Of a stretch of DNA of 64,000 nt, positions 1-13,689 are shown one piece after another. This DNA is from Sminthopsis crassicaudata (Eukaryota), in contig NC_133618.1 of assembly GCF_048593235.1 (NCBI RefSeq), positions 628,636,889 through 628,700,888 on the forward strand, written 5' to 3'. The position numbers and the translations under genes were made by a program. The first letter of the stretch is position 1; each line of letters begins with the position of its first letter. The notes beneath the pieces are model-generated. The model was not told the origin of the DNA. It saw only the letters and a program-made list of their open reading frames with translations, and ran no database searches.

Positions 1-113
1 GGGGGTGGAGAGAAGGGAAGGAAAAAATCAGAACATAGAGTTTTGTAAGAGTAAATGTCCAAAAATATCCATGTGTATATTGTGAAAATAAAAAGGTTTA
101 ATTTAAAAAAATA
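1..113 (+). mobile_element. L1 3' UTR end (cut by window edge)
   Basis: GGGGGTGGAG...GAACATAGAGTTTTGTAAGAG...AATGTCC...ATCCATGTGTATATT...A-rich tail; same layout as the L1 3' ends at ~52.7 kb and ~26.8 kb. Confidence 0.75.
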
Positions 114-439
114 ATGAATCTTAAATGATTCAAAAAAATAAAATGAAATTCAATGTAAGAAACATTCAAAAATTGGGAACTAAGAATTTTAACATCCTTG
201 GAAAAGAAAGTTTATTAACTGATCCTTTCAGTCTGAGCTGAAATACCCAAACAACCATGTTGGAGAAATTAGAATTGCTATAGACATTTCTAGGAGTGGG
301 AAGCAATCCCCAAATGTCTCTCTGCCTCCAAAATCATTCTACTCCAAACTTTTCCACTACCAGATTGATCTTTAGTACAAAGATTACTGGCTCTGCAGTC
401 AAAAGATGTGTTCAGATGACCTACTGCTACTATTTATAT

Positions 440-672
440 GGTTGCTAAGAAGTACAGGCTATTGGACATGAAGTCAGCATATCCTTAGTCCAAATTCAAC
501 CTCAATAACTTACCGCCAGGTAACCCTCAACAAGGCACTTTAACCTATATTTGCCTCTGTTTCATCATCTGTAAAAACAGGATAATAACAATACCTACTA
601 TGTAGGGTTATTGTGAAGATAATGAGATAGTATTTGTAAAAAGAATATAATCAATGCCAGCTATTATTACTG
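440..672 (+). mobile_element. MIR (CORE-SINE)
   Basis: Degenerate tRNA-like head, core GCCTCTGTTTCATCATCTGTAAAA, and tail ...GTAGGGTTATTGTGAAGAT...TATTATT. Confidence 0.75.
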
Positions 673-1879
673 TTATTTTTATTATATCTTATACTTCTAA
701 ACACAACCTAATTATGCCTTTCCCACAAAAAAAGGACATAAAATACATTGTTCTTCCTACAAATAGCCAGCTATAATTCCAAATAGATATCAGTAAATGT
801 TTCATGAATGAATGAAAGAACGAATGGATGGTTGGATGAAAATAAAGGGAAGAGCAACAATGCAAGCCCTGGTAGGTTGTTTGACATAGTGGAAAGAAAC
901 CTGTATTTGGAGTCACAGAACTTGGGTTTAAATACTGACTCAGTCACTTACTACCTGTTTGACTTTAACGTTGTCCAACCTCTCCGGGCTCCAGTTTCCT
1001 TATCTGTAAAATGATGAAATTGGAGTTGATGGTCTCCAGGGCCCTTCCATGCTATGATCCTTAGGCAAAGTCATCAATAAGAGCTCAGGATCTCATCATG
1101 ACTTCCACCATTTGTCCCAGTTGCAAAGTTACCTTCCTGGGGAAGAGCGAACAATCCAACTGGAAACTTGATTTTTAAGCAACTGTATTGGACACCAGTC
1201 CCATTTCACCATGTGTATTATTCTTGATCAATATATGTCCTTAGAGGGGGAGAGGGGATAACAGACCAAGAAATAGATGTATCCCCTAACGAGCTCCCAA
1301 CATATGAATTCAGTTGTTCCAGACCAAAGATTATCAACACTGCTCACCTCTCATTGTTAAGCCAAAGGACCCAGCTAATACCTAACGGAATCCTAGGTTG
1401 GAAGGCTGTTTTTACAGAGTTTGTGTTCTCTGGAGAATATCCCTGGCCTCTGAGGTACCTTTGGTCTAATGTGAGATATCAGCAAACAGCCTGAATTATC
1501 TCTGCGGTGATTTCATGCTGAATTTGTGGTGGTTCAGAGCAGAGCCATAAATGTAAAGGAGAAATGCTTCTCTGGGTATTCACCACATCTTTCATCCCGA
1601 AAATAAGTGGTAATCATATTTGTAATATGTTTACTGACAGAACCTAGGGCTCTGGGCAGATAAGTCTTTCATGACACAAAAAATACTTAACTAAGATGGA
1701 AAATGGCATTACTCATGTTAAATTCAAAATGAGCATTTTGTCCCAGATTGCTGAGAAAAACAGTAAATGTCATTAGCTATCTGAGGTTACAATGAAATTT
1801 GCGAAGGGTTATCCTCTGGTAATTACATTTACTGTAGCTATAGAAACAAGTAATACAGAATCTGCTCGAAATGACAACT

Positions 1880-2012
1880 CCATCTCCACACTTCCCCCTC
1901 CCCAATTCAAAAATAACCCTCTAAGTCTTTATATGCCCCCATGCTTAACATGGTACCTAGCACACAGTCGGTGATTAATAAATGCTTGTTGACTTGATTT
2001 ATCTCTGGGCTA
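1880..2012 (+). repeat. Local duplicate (copy A) of 3299-3439
   Basis: Direct alignment by eye: about 90% identical to 3299-3439, including an L2 3' end (ACCTAGCACACAGTCGGTG.TTAATAAATGCTTGTTGAC). Confidence 0.92.
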
Positions 2013-2834
2013 GCTCTTTAAAGTACCCCAGAGGTTGGCCGAATCAGCAGCCCACCCAGCCCTCTTTCTTGCCCACATTTGGGAGGATCTCCTTCCCCCA
2101 ACAATTGTTAGATTTAAGAGGAACATGTAGTTGTTGGATTTGGATTGTAGTTTTCTTCCTTCTGTCCTTCCTTTCTTTTTTTTAAATTACAAATAAAGAA
2201 AACTCATCCAGAGATGAGAAGTCACTTATTTCTGCTTTTGCTCTCCATATGTCTGACAGGAAAGTTATGTCTGACTGTGTCACTGGGATATAGATTCATT
2301 ATTTATGGAGCACTTTATATTTTGCAAAGTGCTTTTTGATTGTTTTCATTTGCTGTTCCTCACAGTGATCGTGAGAAGTAGCTTAATACTCTTCCCTGAA
2401 GGCCAGCAAGAAACAAGGCTGATAAGGGGCCCATCATGGTCAATCCAGATTCAGATGTCTTAGCAATTTCTATGAATTAGAATACAGTCATTGAGACTTG
2501 TTTCTTTTCTGAGAGCAGAAAAGAGGCTGGACTAAAAAGGAGTGGGGGTTCTGTCCATGTGAAAGCGCAGCTTTGATAAAAAAAAAAATTTTTTAAAAGC
2601 CTAGGCCTGAGCCTCCAAAATTTTGCCTGCCAGTGCCATCATTGGCTCGCTCACCCACCACATGTGTGAAACAACCCTGGAGAGACAAGATGCTCCATTA
2701 CCGCCTGAGGGTGAATTTTTAATATTTCAACCGGGCTCTCAATGCAGCAAGGTAACCCTTCTATTCCTGCCTAATGATTATCACATACTCTACACTATTC
2801 CAAACCTTCCCTTCTCTCCTTATCTAAATAATTC

Positions 2835-3415
2835 TTAAATGTCTCCTTTCAGTCTCTTAGCTGAGGTCTTTACCTCATACTTTCCTGAAAATATAGAATT
2901 CAACTGCCAAAAAGTCAGATTATAACCCAATATTTCCTCAACTATTATAGTCTTGGATGGTATGGCTCTTCTTAACAAAGGCGACTTTTCCACATGGACT
3001 CTTGTTCCCAACCCCATTTCATCTTTTGCAGTAGGTTGACCCACTATCTTTCCTTTTCTTCCTCCCTCATACTTCATCTTCAAGGTCTCAGTACCTACTG
3101 ATTCCTTCCCCAATGGCTATAAACACACTGAAGTCTCCACATACTTAAAAAAAACCATTTTCTAAATCCCAGCATACCTGCCAACTGTATCCTATATCTT
3201 TTTTCCCTTAACAAGGCCATTGACTCATTAATATAAGGAATTTATAGATGAGAACATTCCCTTTTCCAAAACATTCAGCCTTAGTTTCATTTTTAGTTCC
3301 ATCTCCACACTTCCTCCTCCCCAATTCAAAAATAACTCTCTAGTCTTTATGTCCCCCATGCTTAGCATAGTACCTAGCACACAGTCGGTGGTTAATAAAT
3401 GCTTGTTGACTTGAT
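2835..3415 (+). mobile_element. L2 fragments including 3' end
   Basis: Pyrimidine-rich L2-like body, ending in the L2 terminus CTTAGCATAGTACCTAGCACACAG...TTAATAAATGCTTGTTGA. Confidence 0.65.
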
Positions 3416-3439
3416 TTTAATTGACTTATCTCTGGGCTA
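3299..3439 (+). repeat. Local duplicate (copy B, probable donor) of 1880-2012
   Basis: Same sequence as copy A. Here it lies in native context: L2 body upstream, MIR continuation downstream (...TCTCTGGGCTAAAATGG...CTCATAGGG). Confidence 0.9.
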
Positions 3440-4934
3440 AAATGGAAAAAATGATATATGTAGTATTTCACCTCATAGGGTGGTGGTGAGGAGTAAATGA
3501 GGAAAAAATTATAAAATGCTTTGTATTCTTTACAGTGCTATAAAAACATCAACAATTAATTTACTTCCCACCTCATAGGCCATTGTGAGAAAAGTGCTTT
3601 GTAAACCTATGTAAATCTGAGCTGGTATAATCCTTGTAGAGACAGCTTAGAAAAGTGAGCGAAACACCAGGCTGGGAATCAGGAAGATGGGAATTCCTAG
3701 TCTGTCTCTGACATTTAATATATTTAATATATAAATATATGTGAATGAGGGAAAATCACTTAACTTTTTGGAGCCTCAGATGACTTCCTACAATTCATTT
3801 ATTGACGTCGAAGACAAGATGAAAAAGCAAAGCTCTTTTGTGAATACACATTTTACCACTGCCATCACCAGCACCAACACTAAAGCCACCATCACCATTA
3901 CCAACAACCTCTAAACCCTGGCTGACTGTGGAAACTATACTTAGTAAGCACTTGATCCAAATTATCGCAGCTTTAATCACTTTCTGGCCATAAAGTTAAT
4001 ATCCAGTGAATACTAATGTTCCCAGAGGAATATCTGGGATGGAATTGGAGGCAGGATGTTGTCTAGCCCTTGTGATCTATTGCATGCATCCCATGTAAGT
4101 AATCTTTGCTTGCCAATCAGCACAACCCATGGTATTTCTTACACTTCTTACTCCTACACTTCCATGGAGCACTTCTTATATGAAGGACAGTTACCTTAAC
4201 CATCACCTAATTATGAAGATAATTCATAATTAGCATCACTTTATTTTTTCCCCTCCTTACAACCAGGATTGGGGTTAGATATTTTTCATGCCATATAATC
4301 TCTGTAACTCTTCCAGATCCCATCAAAGCATTTATTGTCTCTGAAAATAGAAGAGGTTATCTCTTTAGTAGTTCACTAATGCTTACCAAGCAAAATGTAA
4401 ATTCCCATATTTGGCAGTTAAACCTTTTTCACCTTTTTTTTCCATCTGAGGCAGTCTTGCCTTTCTAAAATTCTTTCCTGTTTCTTTACTCCATGAACTC
4501 ATTTTTCATTTTCTTCATTATTTGAATCCAAACTATGATATTCCCTTTAACTGTAATGTCCTCCCTCTTTATGAATCAGTGGATAGATGAATGGATGGAT
4601 GGATGAGTGCATGGAAAAGGCAGTTATCAATCACTCATTATGTACCAAGAACTGAGGATACAAATACAAGCAAGAAAAACAGTCTTAAGACCTCAAGGAC
4701 CTTGCCTTCTGTTGGGAGAGATGATGCTTGAGTGGGAAAGGCATTAATGGGTAGAGATCTAGAGTGGAAGCTACAGAGTCACAGGAGAGAGAGTTAAAGG
4801 TGCATACAGGTGAGAACTATAGGATAATAGGGTGGAATTCTGGGTTCTGGGTGAAGACAAAAGAGGAAACAGCATAGCATGAAAGAAACCATAAAGTGAC
4901 ATGCTAGATGACCAGAAGAAGAGGAGGAGAAGAT

Positions 4935-5235
4935 TCTTCAAGCTTTCCAGCTGATGTCCTACCCATCCTGTGAAACCTAACTCAAGGTCGATCTCTCTTG
5001 TCAGAACCCTTTTTATAGACACTCCCCCTGGACCTCACATAGTACTTGGTTTTATATTTCTCTGGTGCACTTAAACTATGGCATTATATTATATTGTGAT
5101 CTGCATGTCCTATTCCCCTAATGACTGTAAGCCCTTATGAGGGCAGGGATTCTCTCCTGTCTGCATTTTGCACCATCCATCTTCCCCTAATGTTGTGCTT
5201 ATTACAGAGCAACACTGAACTGGTGCTGCTAAATG
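4935..5235 (+). mobile_element. L2 3' end
   Basis: GACTGTAAGCCCTTATGAGGGCAGGGATT...TAAATGCTT, typical of the L2 terminus. Confidence 0.7.
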
Positions 5236-6349
5236 CTTCCAAAGGCCATACCTTGAGCAGTCCTGTTTAGGAGAAATTCTCCATAAGGGGAAATAAGGAT
5301 AAATCCAGTTTAGAGTTCTGGAAATTGAAGACAGAGAAGGAGGAGATTGAATGGGGGACCATCAACCAGCTGAGTCCATGACATCTTTCCAGATCAGGCT
5401 TGATTACACATTAGGCAAATTAACTCAGGAAATGAATCCCAACATTCATTCCAAAGAAGCTTCGATTTTATGGTGGCTCTTCAGTGGAGAGGGCTTTAAG
5501 GACAAAATCAACAAGCATTTGTGCTCAGGGGCCAACCTCCTTCGGATGGCAATACCTGGATATGACTGACAGACAGGGAAAGAAACTAGAGCAGATAGAC
5601 CAGAAAGAGGAAGGGAATCATCTTGCCAAGAGTCGTGATCACAGATGACCTGAGTCATACATCAGGAGTGCCAAAGGGCAGTGGCAAACATCAGGTGAGA
5701 GAAGAAATCAGGGCTGGGGTCCAGAAGCAGAATGTAGACGAGAGTCATAAAAATTAACCTTCATATTATGCTTGAAGGTTTGCAAAGCACTTTACATATA
5801 TTCCCTCATTTAATATTCCCAACAGTCCTGAGAGACAGCGGCTAATATCCCCATTTAACAGATGAGGACATTAAGTCTAGGAAAGGTTCATTTGATTTTC
5901 CCACTGTCTCACCACTTAGAGATAGGATTTCAACTCACGTCTCCCTAACTCCAAAACCATTGCTCTATCCGACACCTAACTACATAAAAGGAAAAAGAGA
6001 GCATTTAAAAAAAAAGTATTTAGGGACATCATTCCACATTCATAAGCTTAGCTTCTGTACTGAGGATGCAGCTGAAATGGGAGAGATGAAAAGAATGTAA
6101 ACTTTGCTTAGATGGGCAAGAAACGCTGGGTGGTTTGGTTTAAGTAGGTCTGTAATGGGAAAGAAAGAAGGATAGGAGTGGCTAACAGCCCTACTCTCAT
6201 CCCTGGTTCCCTTACCTCTCTCTTGAACCCAGCTCATCACCTGAAATGACACTGAACTGATTTTTTTATCATAGCTACTCCATAAAAGGTTCAGCTCCTA
6301 TTCCTACCAGCATTATTCTACATTTCCCATTGGATGTATCAAGAGCCGT

Positions 6350-6910
6350 AAACAGGAAGAGAAAAAAAGACAAAAACAGCCTCAAAGAGAGACAGAGAAA
6401 AAAAATCTAGGGAGGACATGAAATAACAGTTCAAATGAAGACAACTTCCCTCATTCTTTTGCAAATGTCCATGGGAATAAAATTATATACATATGTGTGT
6501 ATACATATATAAGAAGAGAAAAAAATCAGCAAAACCATTCAATACAGTGAAAAAATTGTTATTATTTTTGGGTATGTGTGTATGTACCCCCTTATACTGC
6601 TATTAATAATTAATGATATGGTAAACACTTATAAATAAAATATAAAAATAAATAAATTTGTAGATTATATATATATATATATATTTGGTAAAAAGCATAT
6701 ATAAAATATATGTATATATGCCAAATGACTTGGTTTTACTGATTTTTTCTCTTCTTTTTCTTTGTTTTTATCTCTAAAAATTATCCTTTTTTTTTTATAA
6801 AGTGTCTCCCTGGGAAATGGGAGAAGGAAAGCTATAAGGAGAAATCTGGGCAACATAAAATCAAAAGACAGTAATAAAAATCTTTTTATTTAAAAAAAAG
6901 AAAAAACAAA
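6350..6910. mobile_element. Old L1 3'UTR remnants (probably two pieces in opposite orientation) around a (TA)n
   Basis: AAAAAATCAGCAAAACCATTCAATACAGTG (minus-strand marsupial L1-like). GGGAAATGGGAGAAGG...AATAAAAATCTTTTT plus A-tail (plus-strand). (TA)n at 6666-6684. Confidence 0.5.
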
Positions 6911-7960
6911 TTGTGTCCTGGACTTTGAGTCTAAAGACTCAGAAGCTCTACTTCTGCTGTATAATAACTATGTGACCTGGGGAGAGGGCCCTTCCCACTG
7001 GGGAGTTTAGGTTTATTCATTCTATCATTTATTCATCACATCCTTATTCCTCCAAACACACTTGTTCAATAAGCCTTTTAGGCCCTCCCCTGTGTTCAGG
7101 CATGTTCTAAGCCCTGTGGGGGCCTAGAAAATAGAAAAACAGAAAGGAGATCCTTGACTTCAAGATGACTGTGACCTAGTTGGAAAAACACAACACCTAC
7201 AAATAACAAACCAAGAAGTCTGAACAAAAAACAGTTGCTGAACTTGAAGATGGAGGGTGGAGGAGAGAGGAGGTCCTTGAGAGGGAGGGCTGGGGACAAG
7301 AGAAGTCCACCCTGGAGTGAGAATCACATCACAGAATGGGAATCACCAAGCCATGTAGCATCCTGCACCTTTGCCTGAGGATACGAGCAGCTCATCATCC
7401 CTGGAGGCAAAGCCTCCCATCTCCCTGAAGGGACTCCCCACCTCCTGGAGCCCTGTGTTCAAGTCTGCAAGCAACCGAGGCGCACAGGGCCGTCTCTCTG
7501 TTTCTGCTCTTTGTATTTTTCTGTTCCAGGCTTTAATTTGGAACCAAACAAAAAACCCTGCAGGTGGGAGATGGATGTTGGCAGGAGATGGAGCTGCTGC
7601 CTGGGGAGCCAGCTCTGTACCTCCATAACACATGTTTTTAAAATGAAGGAAACTCTCCCCATAGCCGAGGCTTCAAAATGATTTTTCTAAGCTCTGGGCA
7701 GAGTTTCCAGAATCCAAGTTAGCCCACTTTCATCTTTGTTCAACATGTGGAATTCTGGGGCGCCATTAATTCCCAGGGCAGTCGGCAAGGCACACTATCA
7801 CTGTCTGTCCATGATTACAGGGGCCTACAATTTTACTTAACAAATACTAATAACATGACTACCGTAGGCAGAGCACTGAGTCAAGCTTAAATGAGAAACT
7901 ACCTTGGCCCTTATGGAGCTTATAGTCAAGAAGCAAAGAGAGTTCTATGTCTAGCAGAGG

Positions 7961-8180
7961 GGGACCATGTGGTCTAGTGGACAGAGATCTGGCCTCTGAA
8001 CCAGGAAGCACGGAGTTCAAGGCTGCTCCAAATATATACTCCTAGGTGTGGGTCCTGACTGAGTAATTTAACTTTCTCAGTCTCCTAGAATCCCCCTAAG
8101 CCTATAAATGACTGAGAAGTTACCAATCTGTATTGGTGGAGGGAATTTCCTCATTCAGGAATTCCCAATAACAATAAAAT
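7961..8180 (+). mobile_element. Marsupial CORE-SINE (WALLSI4/MdoRep1-like)
   Basis: tRNA-like head GTGGTCTAGTGG...GGAGTTCAAG, then the 3' segment CTGTATTGGTGGAGGGAATTTCCTCA...AATAAAATCACAGGTC. Subfamily name recalled, not verified. Confidence 0.65.
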
Positions 8181-8559
8181 CACAGGTCTACTCCTTCTTC
8201 CCTTTTTCTAAGTATAGAAACATTATTCAAACTACAAATTTGTGGGGCTCTACCAGTATTGTTACCCATTCTTAATCCCCCAGATCTTTTACAAAGAAAG
8301 AAACCAAGACTTAAAGGTCCGAAGATACAGCTACAAACATGAAACTTTGGAGTTTGAGAGCAGGGAGCTAAACTCCAAGTACAAGACTTTCTCCACTGTT
8401 TCCAGCCCTTATAACCCCAATATCTCTGCAAAAAATCCAGAACTGTCCCTCCAGTTTTACTAGATCCAGAATCACAGGGTTTAGAGATTACTTGGAAACA
8501 CCCTCTGATGTGACAAAAGAATCTCAGACTTAGAAAAATGAAGTAATTTGAGGGGAGCA

Positions 8560-9560
8560 ATTACTTGGTATCTCAGGTGCCAACCCCCAAGTCAAGACCT
8601 TTCCTAATTCCCTCAATTAATAGAATGTTTTCTCCTTTTTAAAATTTCTTTGTACCGCTTTGTTCATAGTTTCTATCAACTTATATATACATGTTGTATC
8701 CCCCAACATGCACATCTCCATCACCAGTCAAAGGGGGCTCCTTGAGGGCAGGGACTGTCTCCTGTTTGGCCACAAACTCCCAGTGTCTCACCCACAAAAG
8801 ATGCTTGATAAATACTTGTCTAATTGAATTATGCAGGACTTGCATACTTAGCAGAGTCAGGCTTAGAGCCCAGGGCCTCTGCCTCCAGATTCACTGCCCC
8901 TTCCTTCCCCTCCGCTGCTTCCACCTGGATTCACTGGCAGCATCTCAAACTGACGGGAATGTTTCCTGTGGGCGTTTTCCTCCTTTCTGATTTCTCTGTT
9001 CTCTCGATGGCTCCTCCATTTCCCTCGTCGCTCTTTTCCAAGCTTGGGCTCTTCCCTCTCTCTCACCTCTCCCATAAAATTGGTTGCCAAGTCCTCATCA
9101 CTGAATTTCCACAGTATTTCTCATCTCTATCTTTTCTTCTCTCTTTCTATTTCAATGACCTTAGGCTCTGTCTCCCATTCCCATCCACCTGGATTATGGC
9201 AAATGCTTCCTGACAGATTTTCCTATATCTATTCTTTCCACAGTGGGTGGATTAATCTTCTTTCTCAGCTCTGATCAGAAATCTTTTCCCTTCTGCTATC
9301 TATTGAACAAATCTTTGGGGCTGGTGTGCAAGACCTTCCCCAACCTAGCATGTCACCGCTTTCCCAGACTTACCTCATATTAACTCTTTTTTTTTAACTC
9401 ATATTAAATGCTAGCCAAAATGTACTATTCACTCTCACTTTTCCACTTCCAATTCTTTCCACCTCCATGCCTTTGCCTTTATTGTTCCCAATGCCTTCTC
9501 AGCCTCCTCATTCCTACCATTTCTTCCTTGTGAAACACTACTTTCTTTTAGTGTCTAACA
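8560..9560 (+). mobile_element. L2 fragments
   Basis: L2 3' end (CTCCTTGAGGGCAGGGACTG...ATAAATACTTG at ~8740-8820), followed by L2 body motifs (CTCCATGCCTTTGC, CATCTCAAACT). Confidence 0.65.
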
Positions 9561-9834
9561 TCAGTTTTCTTTTTTGTAAAATGAGGCATTAGACTAAATA
9601 TAATGTCCATGGTCCCTTCTAACTCTGATTTTCTGGGACCTAGTATAGAACCTTCCACTTCTGCCATTCTATGATCTATGGTATTAGTCCCCTCCCAGGT
9701 TAAGCAGTCTTTGTCCTATTCTCTAAGGTTTCTTCTGGTTCTTATATTCTATGTTCTCAGTCTTGTTACAAGACTTACACTCTTTGTTCTATATTGTTCT
9801 ACATTCCCTTCCCATTCTAACATTCTATATTTGT

Positions 9835-10062
9835 CACTTTCATTCAGTCATTTCAGTCACGTCTAACTTCATGATCCCATTTTCTTGGATCCTGGAGTAG
9901 CGTGCCATTTCCTCCTGTAACTCATTAAACAGATGAGGGAACTGAGGCACAATTAAGTAAATTGTCCAGGATTACACAGTGAGGAAGTGTCTGAGACCAG
10001 ATTTGAACTCACAAAGATGGACTTCAACCCAGCATTCTGTGCACTACGGCGCGTCACCTAGC
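9835..10062 (-). mobile_element. Mar1-type SINE
   Basis: TTCAGTCATTTCAGTCACGTCTAACTTCATGA (RTE-like tail), ACAGATGAGGGAACTGAGGC core, and GATTTGAACTC B-box, all in reverse orientation. Confidence 0.75.
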
Positions 10063-11090
10063 AGAACCCTCATTCTATAAATAGTCCCTTATATTTCTTC
10101 CAGTCTGTGTCGGTGCCATAACATTTCTTCCAGTTCTAAAATTTTATAATCAGTCTCTCATATGTCTTCCTGCTCTGTGTGTATCCAAAAGTCCCCTCCA
10201 GTTTTCATAATCTATGTTCTGTGTTCTCCTATAGAATTTTCATTCTAGATTCTATTTCCTCCCATTTTTCCCTAACACTTCTGACATCCTGCAACCTCTG
10301 AATCTTTTTTACAAACTCCCATGTGCCTGATAGACAGGTATCTGTGCATAATATGTAAACGTGCAGGGATGTACAACCAGACTCAGAACAAAGACACCTT
10401 CCTCTCCAAACTGCTGCTTGTTCTTTGCAGGGAGAAGAAAAGAGCATTTGGGGAGCAGAAGCTAGCGTGGAGGGCTGCTAAAGGCACAGCATCCCAGCTA
10501 TGCAGAACATGGGAGCTTCTCTGGGGAAAAGGAATATATGTTGTTTATCCCTGCTCAGCTCCCTGATTCAGAGGGCACCCAGGGCAGCTGTATAATGGCT
10601 TCTCAAGTGAAAAGAGCTGGTTTTCTGCTTTAAATTTAGCTCAGGGGCAAATCGGAGTTTTCTATACTAACATTCTGGCCCTGCTGGCACTCAGTGGGGT
10701 GTGCTGGCAAATGGGGAAGGGGAGGGAGGAGGACAGGCACGAGGAAGAAGAAGGCCCTGTTCTCTCTGAGGCTCCTGCTCCTAGACCTTGCTGTACAAGC
10801 ACAGTTGCTCCAACCCACAGCAGCTGCTGGAAGCAGCTGAAACATTTCATTCCCCCTCTAAGGTATTATCTCACAGGGTCTCAGAGCTAGGTCACCAGTC
10901 ACTTTTCAACATCATCTGGTTCAAGGTCTCTCCTCCTGGAGGCCCCTCCCCACAAAAGTTCCCTTTTCCCAGAAATTCAGTAGCCATTTGGGACTCTAAA
11001 CTTTTTTCTTAACCAATACAGCTTTTTTTAATATTTATCTCATTATTTTAACCAAGATCTTTTGGAATAAGAGCTGGTTTAGTGTTCTTT

Positions 11091-11124
11091 TGTACACACA
11101 CACACACATGTGTGTGTGTGTACA
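11091..11124. repeat. TGTA(CA)7(TG)6TACA near-perfect inverted microsatellite
   Basis: Read directly from sequence. Confidence 0.95.
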
Positions 11125-13689
11125 TATACATACATATATGCAGCTACAAGGCACAATAAATAGAGCATCTTGGAGTCAGGAATACCAGAGGTCAAATGTA
11201 ATCTCAGGCCAGCTTTGTGACCTAACAGCTTCAATTGCCTCAGAAAGAGCAGGTTTCCCATCACTGGTGATCTTCAACCAGAGGCTGGATGACCACTCTT
11301 TTCATTTATGATTTCTTCCCTTTTATCCCCCTTTCCCTCAGAGTCTGAGTCTTGCTGGATTTTAAGAAATATATGTATGAGAGGGAGATGACCATCCTTC
11401 CCAACTTACTGAGAGAAGCCATTTATTGTACAGAATTATTCTCATTTTGCAAGGGAAAGGAAGCGCTTGCAACAGTTTATTGCACTGTTCTTGCATTCCT
11501 TTTTACAACTCTGAAGCAGTGAAGTACATTATAAGGGATCTCACTATTACTATTGTTGGTGGGCCAAAAGCCCATTCATTTATCCCTTACCTTGACATTT
11601 CGCCCCCTGAATTTCATCTGTTCCACTTTCTGTTGGTTGGACCTGCCTAAAGACCTCCTGTAATGTTTTATGTCCAGCAGCTGGATTATTACCCATTTCA
11701 GGGCTCACGTGGACCTGGTACCACCTCAGCTGTTCCAACTGTGAGACGACATTTCTTCTTTTTCTGGAATCCGGGATATGTCCTCCCCCACCATTCCAAC
11801 GGCTACCCAGGCAAGAGAAGGCAATGGAGAATCTTCAAAAAGGCCTCCAGTCACAGAGTTCTCTGGAACAGCTCCAAGCAAACAAGGCTACAGACAAAGG
11901 TTTTCATCTGAACAGGGTCCCAGGAGACAGTGTGGACCAGTGGGAAGACCTGGATGCAGAGTCGAGACAATCCTATTTACAGCGCTCCTTCCCATAGCCT
12001 GGATGAGGTCAAATCTGGTCTCAGACATTTTAAGACTTACTAGCTTAACACCAATTGTCTCTCCAGAAAAGAAAAAAAAGAAAAACTAAAAAGAAGGCCA
12101 TGAACCAGATTTCCTCTAAGACCATCTAAATCTCAGATACGATATAGACAAAGTGATCTCATGGAATCAGAATGGGAAGGAGCAGGGCTTTGGAGTTTTT
12201 AATTATTATTCCTCAGAAGTATATGATTTCATAGTATAAATAACTCACAGAGAAAAATTCCCTTTTCTATCCCACAGAGTCTAAGAGAATAGACTGAGAA
12301 ATTTTTGCCTGGGATCACACATCCAATATTTATTAGAAGCAAGCTTTGAACTCAGATCTTCCCAATGTCAAGACCATTCTCCATCTCCTAAGCCACTCTA
12401 TTTTTAAGTAAAAAAAATGTGTAGACTGAGAGACAGCTCTGAGCTCTGAGTCAGATTTAGGTCTCCGTTCTGGTTCAAAGACTTCACAACTACGGACATA
12501 TTAATGAACCTCTCTGATGGTTATCTCCTCATCTGTAAAATGGGACTGTGTTTGGATTTTGTCAGTTATTCTGCCTAATAAGTCTAATGCTCTCTGCTTT
12601 TAAAAAGGAGGAAACTGGGATGCATAGAGGGGAAGCCCTCAGCCCAGGTCTGGAATCCCAGGACACAATGCAGATTAAAACACAGCCAAGGCCAAAGTTC
12701 CCCAGCTGGCAATACCCTCTCAGCCTTCCCACCTTCTCAATTAGCCTTAGACACTTACTAAGTGAGTACCCCATCTCAGGTCATCAAGCCACTTTAAACC
12801 CTGTGTTTCCTCATCTGGAAAATGGGGATAAAATAGTACCTGCTTCATCCAGTTTGTTATGAGACCATGTACAAAAAGCCCATTGAAGACCTCAGAGTGA
12901 TAAGTAAACGCCAGTTATTCTTGATTTTTAGTAGTGGTATTATTATCATAGCTTCTCCACCAGAATACAGCTAACAACCGAAGCAAGCCTTCAAATAGAG
13001 GCGAAGGGACTCTCCTTCCTCACTGCACACTTGACAAAGGAACAACTGCCTGTTAATGGTGACTGACAGGCTTTTTAAATTCCTTTTTGCTAAAAGGGAA
13101 GCTTTACAACTTACCTTGTATTGACTTTTACAGATGGAGAAGGGAGAGATGCAACAGTGATGTAAACAGAGAAAAAAGGAGTTTCAAAGGAAGAGCAAGC
13201 CAGGCCACTTAGCTTAAAGCACTGGACCCCGATTTCATCAGGAAAACCAGCTAGAACAAATAGACCATGAAGGGGTGACCTCCCAGTCTTTCTGTCTCTG
13301 AGGCCCTGAGTCACCTCTCTCTTCAGCCCTATAGAGAGGATGATTCAGAGGGGACACCTGCCTGACTCCCCAATCCAATATTATAATTATTATCCCTCAG
13401 CAAGAATCAGCAAACTGAGTTCCAGCGGAATAGTATCTTTTTCCTATATTATTTTAACCACAAATGCATCATTATAGCTAGCATTCATATATGCATTTAC
13501 AGTTTGGAAAGTACTTTATATTATATATCATTTTATCATCACGATGACCCTAAGAGGAAGGGAGGAAGGTAGTATTATTTTCCCCTTTTTATGAATGAAG
13601 AAACTGAGGCAGAAAGTAAATTCCAAGACCAAGGGATACTCTATCCCATACAGACTCCAAGAAGGACAAAAATCAGTTGGACTGGAATG

